Positions 17,649-27,592 of a stretch of 64,000 bases of DNA are shown in pieces. Made by a program: the position numbers and the translations under genes. Every line of letters starts with the position of its first letter. Position 1 is the stretch's first letter. Location of the stretch: the IMG/VR virus record IMGVR_UViG_3300045049_000270. One strand, 5' to 3'. The notes beneath the pieces were generated by a model. The model did no database searches. It was not told where the DNA came from and was given only the letters and a program-made list of their open reading frames with translations. This stretch comes from a virus (Duplodnaviria > Heunggongvirae > Uroviricota > Caudoviricetes).

Positions 17649-19006
17649 TTCAACTTTTTAAGCTCTTCCAATTCTTGCTTGTAGATTTCCTTGATACGAT
17701 CGGGTGACTTCAAAATTGCTTTGTAGTCCTTGACATTCGCTTGTAGCCTTGAAATATTGTCCTTCACAGTCACCAGGAAATCTTTTGCCCAACGATAAGT
17801 TGGCAAACTAACGATCTTATCAATTTGGCTTGCATCAAGACCAACCGAAGTTGTGATTGTACTGACATCACTTTCAATATCAGCCTTGTCAGTCTTCTTA
17901 CTCAAGCGCTCTGGTAGTTTTGCGTCGAAACACGCTTTCACACCTTGCCAGTATTTAAGTTCATAATTGTCGTCATCAAGCATCTTTTCATACCGCTTGG
18001 CATACCACTTTAGACGCCATTCAACGAATTCTTTGACTAGTGTTTCAGCGCTGTCATATTGACGAATGCTAGTGCCATTCCAGTCAACAACAACGATACG
18101 CTCAGTTTCACGTTGGCGCAATTTGAAGTAATTGATGATATCATCTTCTGTCCAACCCTTCAATTCACCACGTTTGAATGTTACCTTGATATCGATCACT
18201 TTCGTGCTGTCATCAATAAATGTAACGATTTTGTCTTCCTCTTCCATCTTGACTAAGCGTTTACGGAAGCTATCAAGAGTCATACCTGGTGGTAGTTCTG
18301 TAATCTTCACTTGTGATGTATTGATGATTTCTGCTCTACCAGTGAATTCCCATACATTTGGCTCTAAATTGTGAACACTAACATTCAGATAGTCGTAATA
18401 TGGTTCCAATCCCTTAGGTTCCTTGCCATCCAACACTTGCTGGGTTGCTGCAACTAGTTTCTTGAGATTTCGGGGCAAAATATTTGTCGACCAACCCACC
18501 GCAATACCCTGTACACCATTCAACAGCACTAGTGGTATCAGTGGTAGGAAGTGTTCTGGTTCCTTTACTGAACCATCATAGTTGTCAGTGAGTGGAACGA
18601 TATCCAAGTCTTTATAAAGCAGCATTTCAGCCGCTTTTGCGCGCTTAACATATGTATAACGTGGAGCACCGATACCTTCCTTTGGAGCAACACGAGTGCC
18701 GAAAGCACCAATACCTTCGAAAAGTGGTACATTGTTCAAAAACGGTGCAGCTAATGCTGAGATCGAATCTGATGCTGATGCATCACCGTGAACATATAAA
18801 CCAGAACTAATCATTTCACCTGCTAGGGAAACAGTTTTGATTTTGTCAGAACGAGTGCGCATCAACCATAGTGCTTTACGAGGGCCATCCTTTTGACCAT
18901 CCGCCACACTTGGAATGGCACGCGATTCACAGACGTAAATTGAATATTCACGAGATGTGTCTTTGATATAATCACTTGTTGGTGTTGAAGTTTTCTTAGT
19001 TGTCAT
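17645..19006 (-). CDS. Type II DNA topoisomerase, GyrA/ParC-like subunit (T4 gp52-like)
   Basis: RAIPSVADG, HGDAS, APRY catalytic Tyr, NYDG, GIAVGWST. Confidence 0.95.
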   Translation of the reverse strand: MTTKKTSTPTSDYIKDTSREYSIYVCESRAIPSVADGQKDGPRKALWLMRTRSDKIKTVSLAGEMISSGLYVHGDASASDSISALAAPFLNNVPLFEGIGAFGTRVAPKEGIGAPRYTYVKRAKAAEMLLYKDLDIVPLTDNYDGSVKEPEHFLPLIPLVLLNGVQGIAVGWSTNILPRNLKKLVAATQQVLDGKEPKGLEPYYDYLNVSVHNLEPNVWEFTGRAEIINTSQVKITELPPGMTLDSFRKRLVKMEEEDKIVTFIDDSTKVIDIKVTFKRGELKGWTEDDIINYFKLRQRETERIVVVDWNGTSIRQYDSAETLVKEFVEWRLKWYAKRYEKMLDDDNYELKYWQGVKACFDAKLPERLSKKTDKADIESDVSTITTSVGLDASQIDKIVSLPTYRWAKDFLVTVKDNISRLQANVKDYKAILKSPDRIKEIYKQELEELKKLK

Positions 19007-19043
19007 ATTGTATTATTGTTGTTTTGTAAGAATTAAGCAAATG

Positions 19044-19403
19044 TCAGCCAAATGCCAATTTGAACATTACTGCATCCGTTTCACTTTGAAACGAATAAAC
19101 ATGTCCCATAATTCTGGCCACCGGGATATTTAACTCTTTCGGAAAATTGGAATCAATCCAATAGCCACTTGTGTATTCTGAGCACCATTTAGCTTTTTCA
19201 TCCCGATCTTTCCATATAGCATAAATCTCGCTGAGATTATAGCTGTGATGTAAATCGATGCGATGTGGACAAATAGCATAGAACGCATCATTCAATTCAT
19301 CGACCGATACAAGATTCACCAGATTATCAACCCAATAACGAGAAGACAAGCGATTTCGCAAATGCTTGTCTTCAAACAGTTCTATAGGATATGTGAAACT
19401 CAT
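19044..19403 (-). CDS. FKLxW-family paralogue between the topoisomerase genes
   Basis: WCSEY, FQSETDAVMFKLAF. Confidence 0.8.
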   Translation of the reverse strand: MSFTYPIELFEDKHLRNRLSSRYWVDNLVNLVSVDELNDAFYAICPHRIDLHHSYNLSEIYAIWKDRDEKAKWCSEYTSGYWIDSNFPKELNIPVARIMGHVYSFQSETDAVMFKLAFG

Positions 19404-19741
19404 ACTATCACACTGAAATGCGTTGGTATAGGAGCATCTTCTATTGCTTTCGCCATATCTGACGCTAATTCAAATCCCATACAGATGCTATCTAAAGGGT
19501 AAATTCCGGCAATTGATTCTTTTTCTAGCCACCATTTACCTTCACAATTATCCCATGCCCATTTTATGTAAGGAAATAGCTTGTTGACAATCTTTTGTTT
19601 CTGATCTTGTTCTAGTCTTGATGCCATAACCATAATACCACCACTATTGGTTAATGATATTGAAGCGCATGGAATCAAACCTGCTGATATTTCACCTTTA
19701 TTTGGGGCGATGGCCGAAACAGTTATATCCACAATTGTCAT
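19400..19741 (-). CDS. Divergent FKLxW-like protein
   Basis: WAWDNCEGKW, FELASDMAK. Confidence 0.65.
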   Translation of the reverse strand: MTIVDITVSAIAPNKGEISAGLIPCASISLTNSGGIMVMASRLEQDQKQKIVNKLFPYIKWAWDNCEGKWWLEKESIAGIYPLDSICMGFELASDMAKAIEDAPIPTHFSVIV

Positions 19742-19862
19742 TTGTATTCTTTTTCGATAAATGCATCAACTCCACCCAGTTTTGCATACATGAGAAAGGT
19801 ATCAAGGTCATCTTTATTCATATTCAAAACCATTTCAATTTCAACCTAGTCATGTTTCACTC

Positions 19863-19909
19863 CAAAACTACCAGCATTTATTCTAGTTGATGTAATGCTG
19901 GTAGTTTTG
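19863..19909. repeat. 16-bp perfect inverted repeat downstream of the topoisomerase B-subunit gene
   Basis: CAAAACTACCAGCATT-N15-AATGCTGGTAGTTTTG. Confidence 0.75.
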
Positions 19910-19929
19910 ATGATCGTAAAATCTAGATA

Positions 19930-21807
19930 TTAGAGGCCAATCCACGATTTACGATCGTCTGCTCTTTTTCCATTGAATATGAGGTCCAAACTTTGTTCCA
20001 TTTGACCATCATCAGTCAAGGCAAACAACTTTGGTTGCGCCAAACTATAGGCCCAATCCTCTTCTGTCAATGTACCAAGACCTTTTGCACGAGTAATGCT
20101 CCAACCCTTGTATTGATCAGGATCAAAATCCTGGTGATTATCACTATACCAATACTTACGCTGTTTTCCCTTCTCCGCAATAATGAATGGAGTCATGAAA
20201 ATATGAACAACTGGTTCGTCCTTAGGATCAAATAACTCAGGCCAGAATGTATAGAAAAAATTGGTTAACAACGCACCAATATTCAAACCATCAGGGTCCA
20301 TGTCATGTGCGATGTAGATTTTACCGAAACGCATATTTTCACGTTTCGCTTTCTGCCCTGGAACTAGACCAACTGCATTCATAATGTCTTGTAACGCACC
20401 ATCTTCAAGTACTTCCTTAATCGGAGCACCGTGAACATTCATGACTTTACCTTTCAATCCAAGACCACCGTGAATCTTTGGATCTCGAACGGATGCCATA
20501 CCGCTGATAGCTGACAAACCTTCTGCAAGGAACAAAATACACTTGCTTCGATCATTACCACTTGCATCCATCAGGCCAGCGACTTTGCTGCGAAGTACTT
20601 TCTTAGCCAACTTGCTTGCTTCAGCTGCATCCTTCTTCATTGTGCGTTCTGCACAACGCGCGTAAACTGCATCAATCCAGTCACCATACTTCTTGATGAT
20701 GTTCTTGAAGAAATCAGGATCGTCAAGTGCCTTCTTTACTTGATGCGAAGTTTCTTCATTATTCAAGCGCGTTTTAGCTTGTGAGTTGAAGTTTGGTGCA
20801 TCCATTGTAGTGATGTTGTATAGCAACAAACCATCTGCCAAATCCGAGCGATTGGGTTGCAACTTACGCTTTTTACTTTCACGCTCTAAAGCAGTTAGAA
20901 GTCCAGAGAAGAAATAACGCTTGAATGTATCCATGTGGACACCACCATCAAACGCAGGAATTGAATTGACTAATGAATGTTGATGTTCACCATCTTCGAA
21001 GAAATTGGGAACTAACCAGAAATCACTAGTAAAGGAACCTTCTTGAACACCAATATGGATTGGTTTAATTCCTGGAAACAGATTCTTTTCCAGACCAGTT
21101 TTTACCGTTACTTTAACGCCATTATAGTAAATCTTGATCTTCGGATTACACAGAGCAACTTCGTAGATACGAGCTTTGAGGAATTCTTCTGGCAATGTCA
21201 TGTACTTGAATACTTGAGAGCTCAGCTTAAATGTTACTCGAGTACCAGTTGCTTTGGCCGTATTCTTTCGCTTGATGGATGGTGGTTTTACGACTAAATC
21301 CGAATCCAGTGATGGCCCTTCTGAAAATTCCTGATGGAAGCTTTGATTATCTCGTTCGATATCCAAATGAAACCATTCTGAGCAGAAGTTGACCGCCGAG
21401 GCCCCAATACCGTTCGTTCCACGCAATTGACCTCTTTCGCCAAAATTACGGCCAGCACGAGCATGACTCAAAGCCAGAGTAGCTGCATGCACTTGATGTT
21501 CTTCGTTGAAATCTATAGGAATGCCACGGCCATTATCGGCAACACTGAAAACCATAGTTGATGGATCATATGTGATATCAATCCGATCACCATAACCGTG
21601 GCCAGCTACTTCATCTAGTGAATTATCAAGGATTTCACGGAATGCGGTAAACACTGCTGGAATCCAAGTTTGTTCCTCGGCATATGGTTGACCGTTCTCG
21701 TACTTCAGAACTACTTGAGTGTGTGGATCTCTAGAGCCCAGGTACATTTCTGGCCTTACGCGAACGTGACCTGCTTCTGTGAGTTTTACGATTTTATCAT
21801 TTGCCAT
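19930..21807 (-). CDS. Type II DNA topoisomerase, GyrB/ParE-like subunit (ATPase + TOPRIM)
   Basis: RPEMYLGS, EILDNSLDE, DNGRGIP, GTNGIG, AEGLSA, DMDPDG, KGLG. Confidence 0.96.
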   Translation of the reverse strand: MANDKIVKLTEAGHVRVRPEMYLGSRDPHTQVVLKYENGQPYAEEQTWIPAVFTAFREILDNSLDEVAGHGYGDRIDITYDPSTMVFSVADNGRGIPIDFNEEHQVHAATLALSHARAGRNFGERGQLRGTNGIGASAVNFCSEWFHLDIERDNQSFHQEFSEGPSLDSDLVVKPPSIKRKNTAKATGTRVTFKLSSQVFKYMTLPEEFLKARIYEVALCNPKIKIYYNGVKVTVKTGLEKNLFPGIKPIHIGVQEGSFTSDFWLVPNFFEDGEHQHSLVNSIPAFDGGVHMDTFKRYFFSGLLTALERESKKRKLQPNRSDLADGLLLYNITTMDAPNFNSQAKTRLNNEETSHQVKKALDDPDFFKNIIKKYGDWIDAVYARCAERTMKKDAAEASKLAKKVLRSKVAGLMDASGNDRSKCILFLAEGLSAISGMASVRDPKIHGGLGLKGKVMNVHGAPIKEVLEDGALQDIMNAVGLVPGQKAKRENMRFGKIYIAHDMDPDGLNIGALLTNFFYTFWPELFDPKDEPVVHIFMTPFIIAEKGKQRKYWYSDNHQDFDPDQYKGWSITRAKGLGTLTEEDWAYSLAQPKLFALTDDGQMEQSLDLIFNGKRADDRKSWIGL

Positions 21808-21965
21808 ATTTGTTTCTCAAATTAGGTTGTATTTGTAACATTGAATTAGTTTAGTGTCAATTTAGTGCCAAATGGCTGTGAAATTCAGTTTTCACCATTC
21901 CATTTATAAAGTGGCACATAATTATTTAGAAATTCATAAATACAACGACTTAGAGGAGTTTTCCC

Positions 21966-22526
21966 ATGCAAACAATTTACAGCGTATCTATTACACCATA
22001 TACAGTAGATACTACTCAGCAGCAAAATCTGGGTTTCATTGATAACACAACGCCAGCTCAATATCTGGCTAGTGGTACACAGCCATCGGATTTTGATTTG
22101 TCACATTCGTTAGCTAAGACGCAGGCGAATTTCCGTTGGAAATACATTCTCCAGGCTCTAGCATTGATGGCTAACCCTTATGTGATGGATGTCGTGGCCA
22201 CGGGTGCGGCAATGGATACATCAGCCACATCATTTACATTTAATGTTTATTTTGAACGTGACTCAGCTGTTACTATTACCAATAGTAGCAATGTGGTATT
22301 GACTGGTGCTCAAGCAGTACAGTATGCTATTGCCACCGCCCTAGCAACCACATTCACTGATATTGCCGAATATTATGATCCAACGAAAACTACTTCATAT
22401 CAGAATGGCACAACGACCGCAGCTTTTGACTACTGCGATCAGCGTGTTGGTACTGTGACTACTGGGGCGCTGGCAGCATCAGCATCAGCAGCAACAGCAA
22501 ATATCACAGTCAATGTTCTTGCATGA
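21966..22526 (+). CDS. Thr/Ala-rich putative virion protein
   Basis: TAAATA motif plus GAGGAG RBS; composition typical of structural proteins. Confidence 0.7.
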   Translation: MQTIYSVSITPYTVDTTQQQNLGFIDNTTPAQYLASGTQPSDFDLSHSLAKTQANFRWKYILQALALMANPYVMDVVATGAAMDTSATSFTFNVYFERDSAVTITNSSNVVLTGAQAVQYAIATALATTFTDIAEYYDPTKTTSYQNGTTTAAFDYCDQRVGTVTTGALAASASAATANITVNVLA

Positions 22527-22705
22527 AGCCAATTTCACCCGATCTCAAAGCAATATATGAAACAGCAGCCGGTCTGTATAAGGCCGGCGTCATCAATAAA
22601 ACCAAGCTTCGTGAATTTTACGAACTTGTGTACGAAAACAGTCTCAACGAGCACAAATTCTCACAATATTGTGAGAATTTGTTACGCCAAAGTAAGAAAA
22701 AGTAG
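22523..22705 (+). CDS. Small protein resembling the N-terminal arm of HigA-type antitoxins, lacking the HTH
   Basis: AIYETAAGLYKAGVINKTKLREF. Confidence 0.55.
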   Translation: MKPISPDLKAIYETAAGLYKAGVINKTKLREFYELVYENSLNEHKFSQYCENLLRQSKKK

Positions 22706-22798
22706 TTTTAACCAGTTCTGAGTCCTTGGTTTCCATAAATATTTTAAGCTGGTTGGCAAAACCAGTTATAATACAAAACCAAACTCACAATAACTATT

Positions 22799-22957
22799 AT
22801 GAAACTCTTTTCTGGCATTCTAACTATACTTTTCGCACTCTTAATTTCAGCCACAGCGGCATGGTTTTCAGTCGCTGGTCTAGTAGCACTTTTTGCTGCA
22901 ACCGCGATTCCTGTCATTTTTGAAGTTTATCCCATTCGTTTTCCCAAATTTGAATGA
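22799..22957 (+). pseudogene. Orphaned 5' fragment of the 23887..25206 membrane-protein gene; not in the ORF track
   Basis: MKLFSGILTILFALLISATAAWFSVAGLVALFAATAIPVI aligns with MSKLISALITLISALAISAVAAFVSVSGMMALFSATASVV. Confidence 0.75.
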
Positions 22958-23849
22958 GATTAAAACCGGACTTTTCTATCTTCTCGATTTTCTTGAGAGT
23001 ATTTTCATATAATTCACCTAATGGTTTTTTAGATAGAAAATGAATAGTATCATGCGAATGCACATTTGGATTACCGTGATGATAATCACCCCAAAACTCG
23101 TAAATTGTATTGGTTTCAGGGTCAAATGCATCTGCAATTATGAACGACTCATCATATAGGTAAACTCGTTTTTGCCACAATTTCCTATCAATGCCAAGGT
23201 GATCTAACCATTTATTTTGTTTTCCACAAAATTTTTTAGAACAGTATGGACATCCTTGTCCCAATCTAAAGTTTTCATATGTCATATGAAACATTCCATG
23301 TTTCATACATATAATTGGTAATGGGAAGTGATCTAGATGAGTGTTAACAAGGGAAATATCATATAAATCGCCGAATTTGGTAATTAAGCGCGTGATAATT
23401 TCATCCTTAGATAATTTCGATGATTTGCCGGTACGTTCAAAACCACATTTCCTACACCCATTGCCAAAATTAACATGTAGCTCTGGTGATTGTTTAAATT
23501 GTCCGTGATGTGGACATATAATTGTTCCTTTCGTCGTGAAGTTAATATATTTGAATTCACTGTAATCATAAAAATTATCATGTTTCTGTTTGGCTGCATT
23601 TATGAAATCATCAAACGTTTTTCTATTTTTTGAAGCTGCACGTTCAATACCACATGTTGGGCAACCTTGCTTGCAATATAAATGATTACCAACCTTTTGT
23701 TTGAATTCGCCATGTAAATTACAAATGATAGTTATTTTTGATCCAACACCATCAAATGTATCCTCAACATAAGTATAGGTATTTCCATGAATTGATTTAA
23801 CTTTTTCTAAAAATTCATCGTATTGCATTTTTCTTGTCATAATTATCAC
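22914..23849 (-). CDS. Free-standing homing endonuclease: three Zn-ribbon repeats plus Vsr/PD-(D/E)xK-like nuclease
   Basis: ICxxHGxF...GCxxC x3; DAFD...IYEFWGDYHHG...GFNLIQIWENEW. Confidence 0.85.
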   Translation of the reverse strand: MIIMTRKMQYDEFLEKVKSIHGNTYTYVEDTFDGVGSKITIICNLHGEFKQKVGNHLYCKQGCPTCGIERAASKNRKTFDDFINAAKQKHDNFYDYSEFKYINFTTKGTIICPHHGQFKQSPELHVNFGNGCRKCGFERTGKSSKLSKDEIITRLITKFGDLYDISLVNTHLDHFPLPIICMKHGMFHMTYENFRLGQGCPYCSKKFCGKQNKWLDHLGIDRKLWQKRVYLYDESFIIADAFDPETNTIYEFWGDYHHGNPNVHSHDTIHFLSKKPLGELYENTLKKIEKIEKSGFNLIQIWENEWDKLQK

Positions 23850-23886
23850 TTATAAATAAACCACATAACAGTATTTAGTTCTAGAA

Positions 23887-25206
23887 ATGTCAAAACTAAT
23901 CTCAGCCCTAATAACGTTAATATCTGCATTAGCAATATCAGCAGTTGCCGCATTCGTATCAGTTTCAGGTATGATGGCTTTGTTTTCCGCCACCGCATCA
24001 GTTGTTTGTGTGATGATGATAGTACTTGAGTCATCAAAATTGGTAGCAGCTGGTTGGCTCCATGCAAACTGGAAAAATCCAAACGTAAATTTCATCCATA
24101 AGACATATCTGTCTTTGGCGGTTGTCGCTTTGATGATCATTACATCAATCGGCATTTATGGTTTCTTATCAAAGGGCCATTTGGAACAAGCCGCTCCTAT
24201 GGCTGGTATTGAATTACAAATCAATGCCAAACAACAAGAAATACAAATGCTGCAAGATGGCAATAATCAATTGATGCAAGAACAAAAGCAACTTGATGCT
24301 GGTGTCAATGCATTCTTGCAAAATGGTTCTCTTAGAGGCGCCCAAGCTGGTTTGAAAGCACGTAATAGACAATCCACAGAACGTGCGAACATTCAAAAAC
24401 AACTGGATGCTAATAATGCTAAGATTCAAGCATTGAATGCTGAAATCCTTCCATTGAAGCAACAAAACGTTGAGGTTGAAGCAAAGCTTGGTCCAGTTAA
24501 ATATGTGGCACAGTTATTTGGATGGCAAGATACTGACAAAGCAGTACGATTGGTTATCTTGACAATAATGTTCGCGTTTGACCCATTAGCAGTTATTTTG
24601 TTGATTAGCGCCACAATCTCTTTTGGTGAATATCTAGAGGAGAAAAGAAAGAAGGCAGAAATTATACCATCAACCATTACTTTAATGCCAACATCAAACA
24701 ATACATCAGTTGATATGGCTTATAGCACGATGAATTCATCATTTGCTGCGGAACCTACCAAACACGAAACTAAAATTGAGAAACAAGTAGCTACAGAATC
24801 CACACCAGAACCAGTAATTCAAGAAACAGTTGAATCTCAAGCTGAAGTGCAACTCGATTCGGCTTCACTAGTTATTCCCGATCAGGAAGATAACTCAACA
24901 ATTGCTGCACTGCGTTCAACTGATGTAATGGCACCCGAGGTGACTGCAAATGCTGTTGATGCTGCACAGGTTGCACCAGAAGTCCCACAAGCTGCTGGTA
25001 AATTGAAATCAGATCCCACTACACAGCCGGCAACGAACGATAAGGAACGTCTTATAGAGATTCTGGAGAGCAGACCTGAATTTCTTCAACAGTTGATTGA
25101 TGTAATTGGTGATCATATTCAACAAAGTCGCACAGTTGATACCCAATCTGCTACACAACCAGTTAAACCAACCGAACCACCGAAACCACAACCTTGGCTG
25201 AAGTAA
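23887..25206 (+). CDS. Conserved phage membrane/coiled-coil protein
   Basis: TM helices, LESSKLV..W, ITSIGIYGFLSKGH, coiled coil, GPVKYVA, FDPLAV. Confidence 0.85.
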   Translation: MSKLISALITLISALAISAVAAFVSVSGMMALFSATASVVCVMMIVLESSKLVAAGWLHANWKNPNVNFIHKTYLSLAVVALMIITSIGIYGFLSKGHLEQAAPMAGIELQINAKQQEIQMLQDGNNQLMQEQKQLDAGVNAFLQNGSLRGAQAGLKARNRQSTERANIQKQLDANNAKIQALNAEILPLKQQNVEVEAKLGPVKYVAQLFGWQDTDKAVRLVILTIMFAFDPLAVILLISATISFGEYLEEKRKKAEIIPSTITLMPTSNNTSVDMAYSTMNSSFAAEPTKHETKIEKQVATESTPEPVIQETVESQAEVQLDSASLVIPDQEDNSTIAALRSTDVMAPEVTANAVDAAQVAPEVPQAAGKLKSDPTTQPATNDKERLIEILESRPEFLQQLIDVIGDHIQQSRTVDTQSATQPVKPTEPPKPQPWLK

Positions 25207-25260
25207 AGATACATAAAGGGCCACATAAATACCTTTACCAGATTTTTAAAAGGAATTTTG

Positions 25261-26502
25261 ATGTCTGAAGTCGACCAAAATCTACATTGCTCCTTTTGCA
25301 CAAAAGGAGCCCAAGAAGTAAAGAAGCTTATCGCTGGCCCCAACGTACATATTTGCGATGAATGCGTAGATCTATGCTACGGTATTTTAAATGTAAGTAG
25401 TGACGGTAAGGCAGTTAGCAATGCGGCAGATTTGGGCGACATTCCAAGTCCGTCCAAGATCAAGAACTTTCTTGATCAATATGTCATAGGACAGGACTAT
25501 GCGAAGATGGTAATCGCAGTAGCGGTGCATAATCACTACATGCGTCTTGCTAACCCAGTCGTAGACGAAGTGGAAATTGACAAAAGTAATATCATGATCC
25601 TGGGCCCATCTGGCTCAGGCAAAACATTGATAGCTCAATCAATTGCTCGTTGTTTGAGTGTTCCATTTGCTATCGCTGATGCAACTGGTCTCACCGAGGC
25701 TGGTTACGTTGGTGATGATGTCGAAAGCATTGTTTCACGTCTTCTGCAGAATGCAGGTGGCGATGTTGAAAAAGCTCAACGTGGTATTATCTACCTTGAT
25801 GAGATTGATAAAAAGAGTAAGAAGGATTCTGCTTCTGGTTCACGTGATGTTTCCGGCGAAGGTGTTCAGCAAGCATTGCTGAAGATCATCGAAGGATCTG
25901 ACATCATGGTTTCACCACAAGGCAAGAAGGGACCAAATGCCGAAATGGTCAAAATCAGCACAAAGAACATCCTGTTTATCGTGGGTGGTGCTTTCGTTGG
26001 TGTTGACAAGGTGGTTGAAAAGGCATTGAACAAAAATAAAGGTCTTGGCTTCGGTGCAAACCTTACAATATCAGCAGACCAAAACGAACTGCTTCGAAAA
26101 GTTGAACCGTCCCATTTGATGAATTTTGGTATTATCCCAGAACTGATCGGTCGTTTGCCAATTATTGCTCCGTTACAAGAATTAAGTAATGAACAATTGG
26201 TAAAAGTATTGACAGAACCAAAGAATGCCATTATAAAACAATTTACAAAGATGTTTGAACTTGAGGGTGCGGATTTGGAATTCACACCTGAAGCACTTAA
26301 TGCAATTGCAGACCTTGCAACAAAACGCAAAACTGGTGCCCGTGGTTTACGTGGTATCATCGAGCGTTCGTTGATGGATACGCAATTCAAACTTCCAGAT
26401 ATGATCGCAGCTGGTGCAACAAAGGTTGTGATCACAGAAGAAACGATCCGTGAAGGTAAAGAACCGCAAGTACTTTACGGTGGAAACTCAACTGCGGTTT
26501 AA
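25261..26502 (+). CDS. clpX: ATP-dependent Clp protease ATP-binding subunit
   Basis: C4 zinc finger (CSFC...CDECVDLC), GPSGSGKT, TEAGYVGDDVE, DEIDK, RDVSGEGVQQALLK, LGF loop, GARGLR. Confidence 0.97.
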   Translation: MSEVDQNLHCSFCTKGAQEVKKLIAGPNVHICDECVDLCYGILNVSSDGKAVSNAADLGDIPSPSKIKNFLDQYVIGQDYAKMVIAVAVHNHYMRLANPVVDEVEIDKSNIMILGPSGSGKTLIAQSIARCLSVPFAIADATGLTEAGYVGDDVESIVSRLLQNAGGDVEKAQRGIIYLDEIDKKSKKDSASGSRDVSGEGVQQALLKIIEGSDIMVSPQGKKGPNAEMVKISTKNILFIVGGAFVGVDKVVEKALNKNKGLGFGANLTISADQNELLRKVEPSHLMNFGIIPELIGRLPIIAPLQELSNEQLVKVLTEPKNAIIKQFTKMFELEGADLEFTPEALNAIADLATKRKTGARGLRGIIERSLMDTQFKLPDMIAAGATKVVITEETIREGKEPQVLYGGNSTAV

Positions 26503-26514
26503 CACGGAGAATTT

Positions 26515-27042
26515 GTGACATCTAAAATTGAAATCAACGAACGCATTACTAGTCCCCGCGTTCGTTTGATTGACGCCAATGGCGTTCAGAAGGGTGTTGT
26601 CAGTATTCGAGACGCTCTATGGCAGGCGCGTCAGGAAAACTTGGATCTGGTTAAGATTGCTGATGCAAATCCACCAGTTTGCAAGATAGTTGATGCTGGC
26701 AAGTATGTATATGAGCAAAACAAGGCTAAGAAGGAATTGGCCAAGAAGCAGCGAGCAGCCGCTTCTGAGCTCAAGGAAATTCAGTTGCGACCTGCTACTG
26801 ATACCAACGACATCAAAATCAAGGCACGTAAAGCACGTGAATTCTTGGCTGATGGTGATAAGGTGAAAGTTGTCATGCGTTTCCGTGGGCGTGAAATCAC
26901 GCACAAGGAAGTTGGTCTTGCAGTTATCGATACATTCATCAAAGAACTCGGTGAAGTTCGTATGGAACAACCAGTAACTGAGCAAGGTAATCAAATCACA
27001 GCATTGATTGCTCCTGTGAAAAAAGAAGCAAAAGCGGCATAA
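26515..27042 (+). CDS. infC: Translation initiation factor IF-3 (GTG start)
   Basis: INERI..PRVRLID, LDLVKI..ANPPVCKI, KEIQLRP, GDKVKVVMRFRGRE. Confidence 0.96.
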   Translation: MTSKIEINERITSPRVRLIDANGVQKGVVSIRDALWQARQENLDLVKIADANPPVCKIVDAGKYVYEQNKAKKELAKKQRAAASELKEIQLRPATDTNDIKIKARKAREFLADGDKVKVVMRFRGREITHKEVGLAVIDTFIKELGEVRMEQPVTEQGNQITALIAPVKKEAKAA

Positions 27043-27134
27043 TTAGCTGATTTGTTGCTTTACATAGCGCCTGGGTGCAACTTATCTTTATGATAGGTTG
27101 TCCCAGGCGTTGCTCATTATTCATCAGTCTTAGC

Positions 27135-27163
27135 TTGACAGCAAATTCATATGAACATACCAT
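27135..27163 (+). promoter_or_regulatory. Sigma70-type promoter with palindromic operator in the spacer
   Basis: TTGACA-gcaaaTTCATATGAAca-TACCAT, 17-bp spacer. Confidence 0.75.
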
Positions 27164-27193
27164 ATGAGTATGGTAAATGAATAGGAGAGCAAG

Positions 27194-27577
27194 ATGAGTG
27201 TGCCGCTTACTCGCGAAGCTTTCGAAGCGTTGTTGCTCGAAGATTCTCCGCGCGGTATGAAGGCAGTTGGACGTGCGCTAGTTGCGCTTGCACGCCGACA
27301 AACGATTGATGAACGAACGCTCCTGCAAACCAAATATAAGAACCGAATTGGATTTTCAGCTTTCGATGCACGTGTAGGTACTGGTAACGCTGAATTTTTT
27401 CTGCATCACGGATTCCTTACGTCAGCGCAGCTTTCATACTGGCGCAAACCTGATAACAAGGGAAATGTAAGAATTTGTAAATACGCTGAGCAACTACTTG
27501 ATATCGCTCGTGAGAAACAGGGGCGGATCGAAGAAAAACGCAAAGCGAAAGCGGCACAGTTGAGCTTACCACTATAA
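27194..27577 (+). CDS. Hypothetical phage protein
   Basis: AGGAG RBS; RALVALARRQTIDE...GFSAFDA. Confidence 0.8.
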   Translation: MSVPLTREAFEALLLEDSPRGMKAVGRALVALARRQTIDERTLLQTKYKNRIGFSAFDARVGTGNAEFFLHHGFLTSAQLSYWRKPDNKGNVRICKYAEQLLDIAREKQGRIEEKRKAKAAQLSLPL

Positions 27578-27592
27578 GAACCTGAGGGATGT

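Noticed and set aside
22726-22923. 65-aa ORF from the track
   Set aside because: Shadow frame. The overlapping frame from 22799 has clear homology to 23887..25206.
22914-23886. Self-splicing intron housing the endonuclease
   Set aside because: The endonuclease is antisense and fills the interval, leaving no room for a ribozyme core. The downstream gene has its own complete N-terminus.
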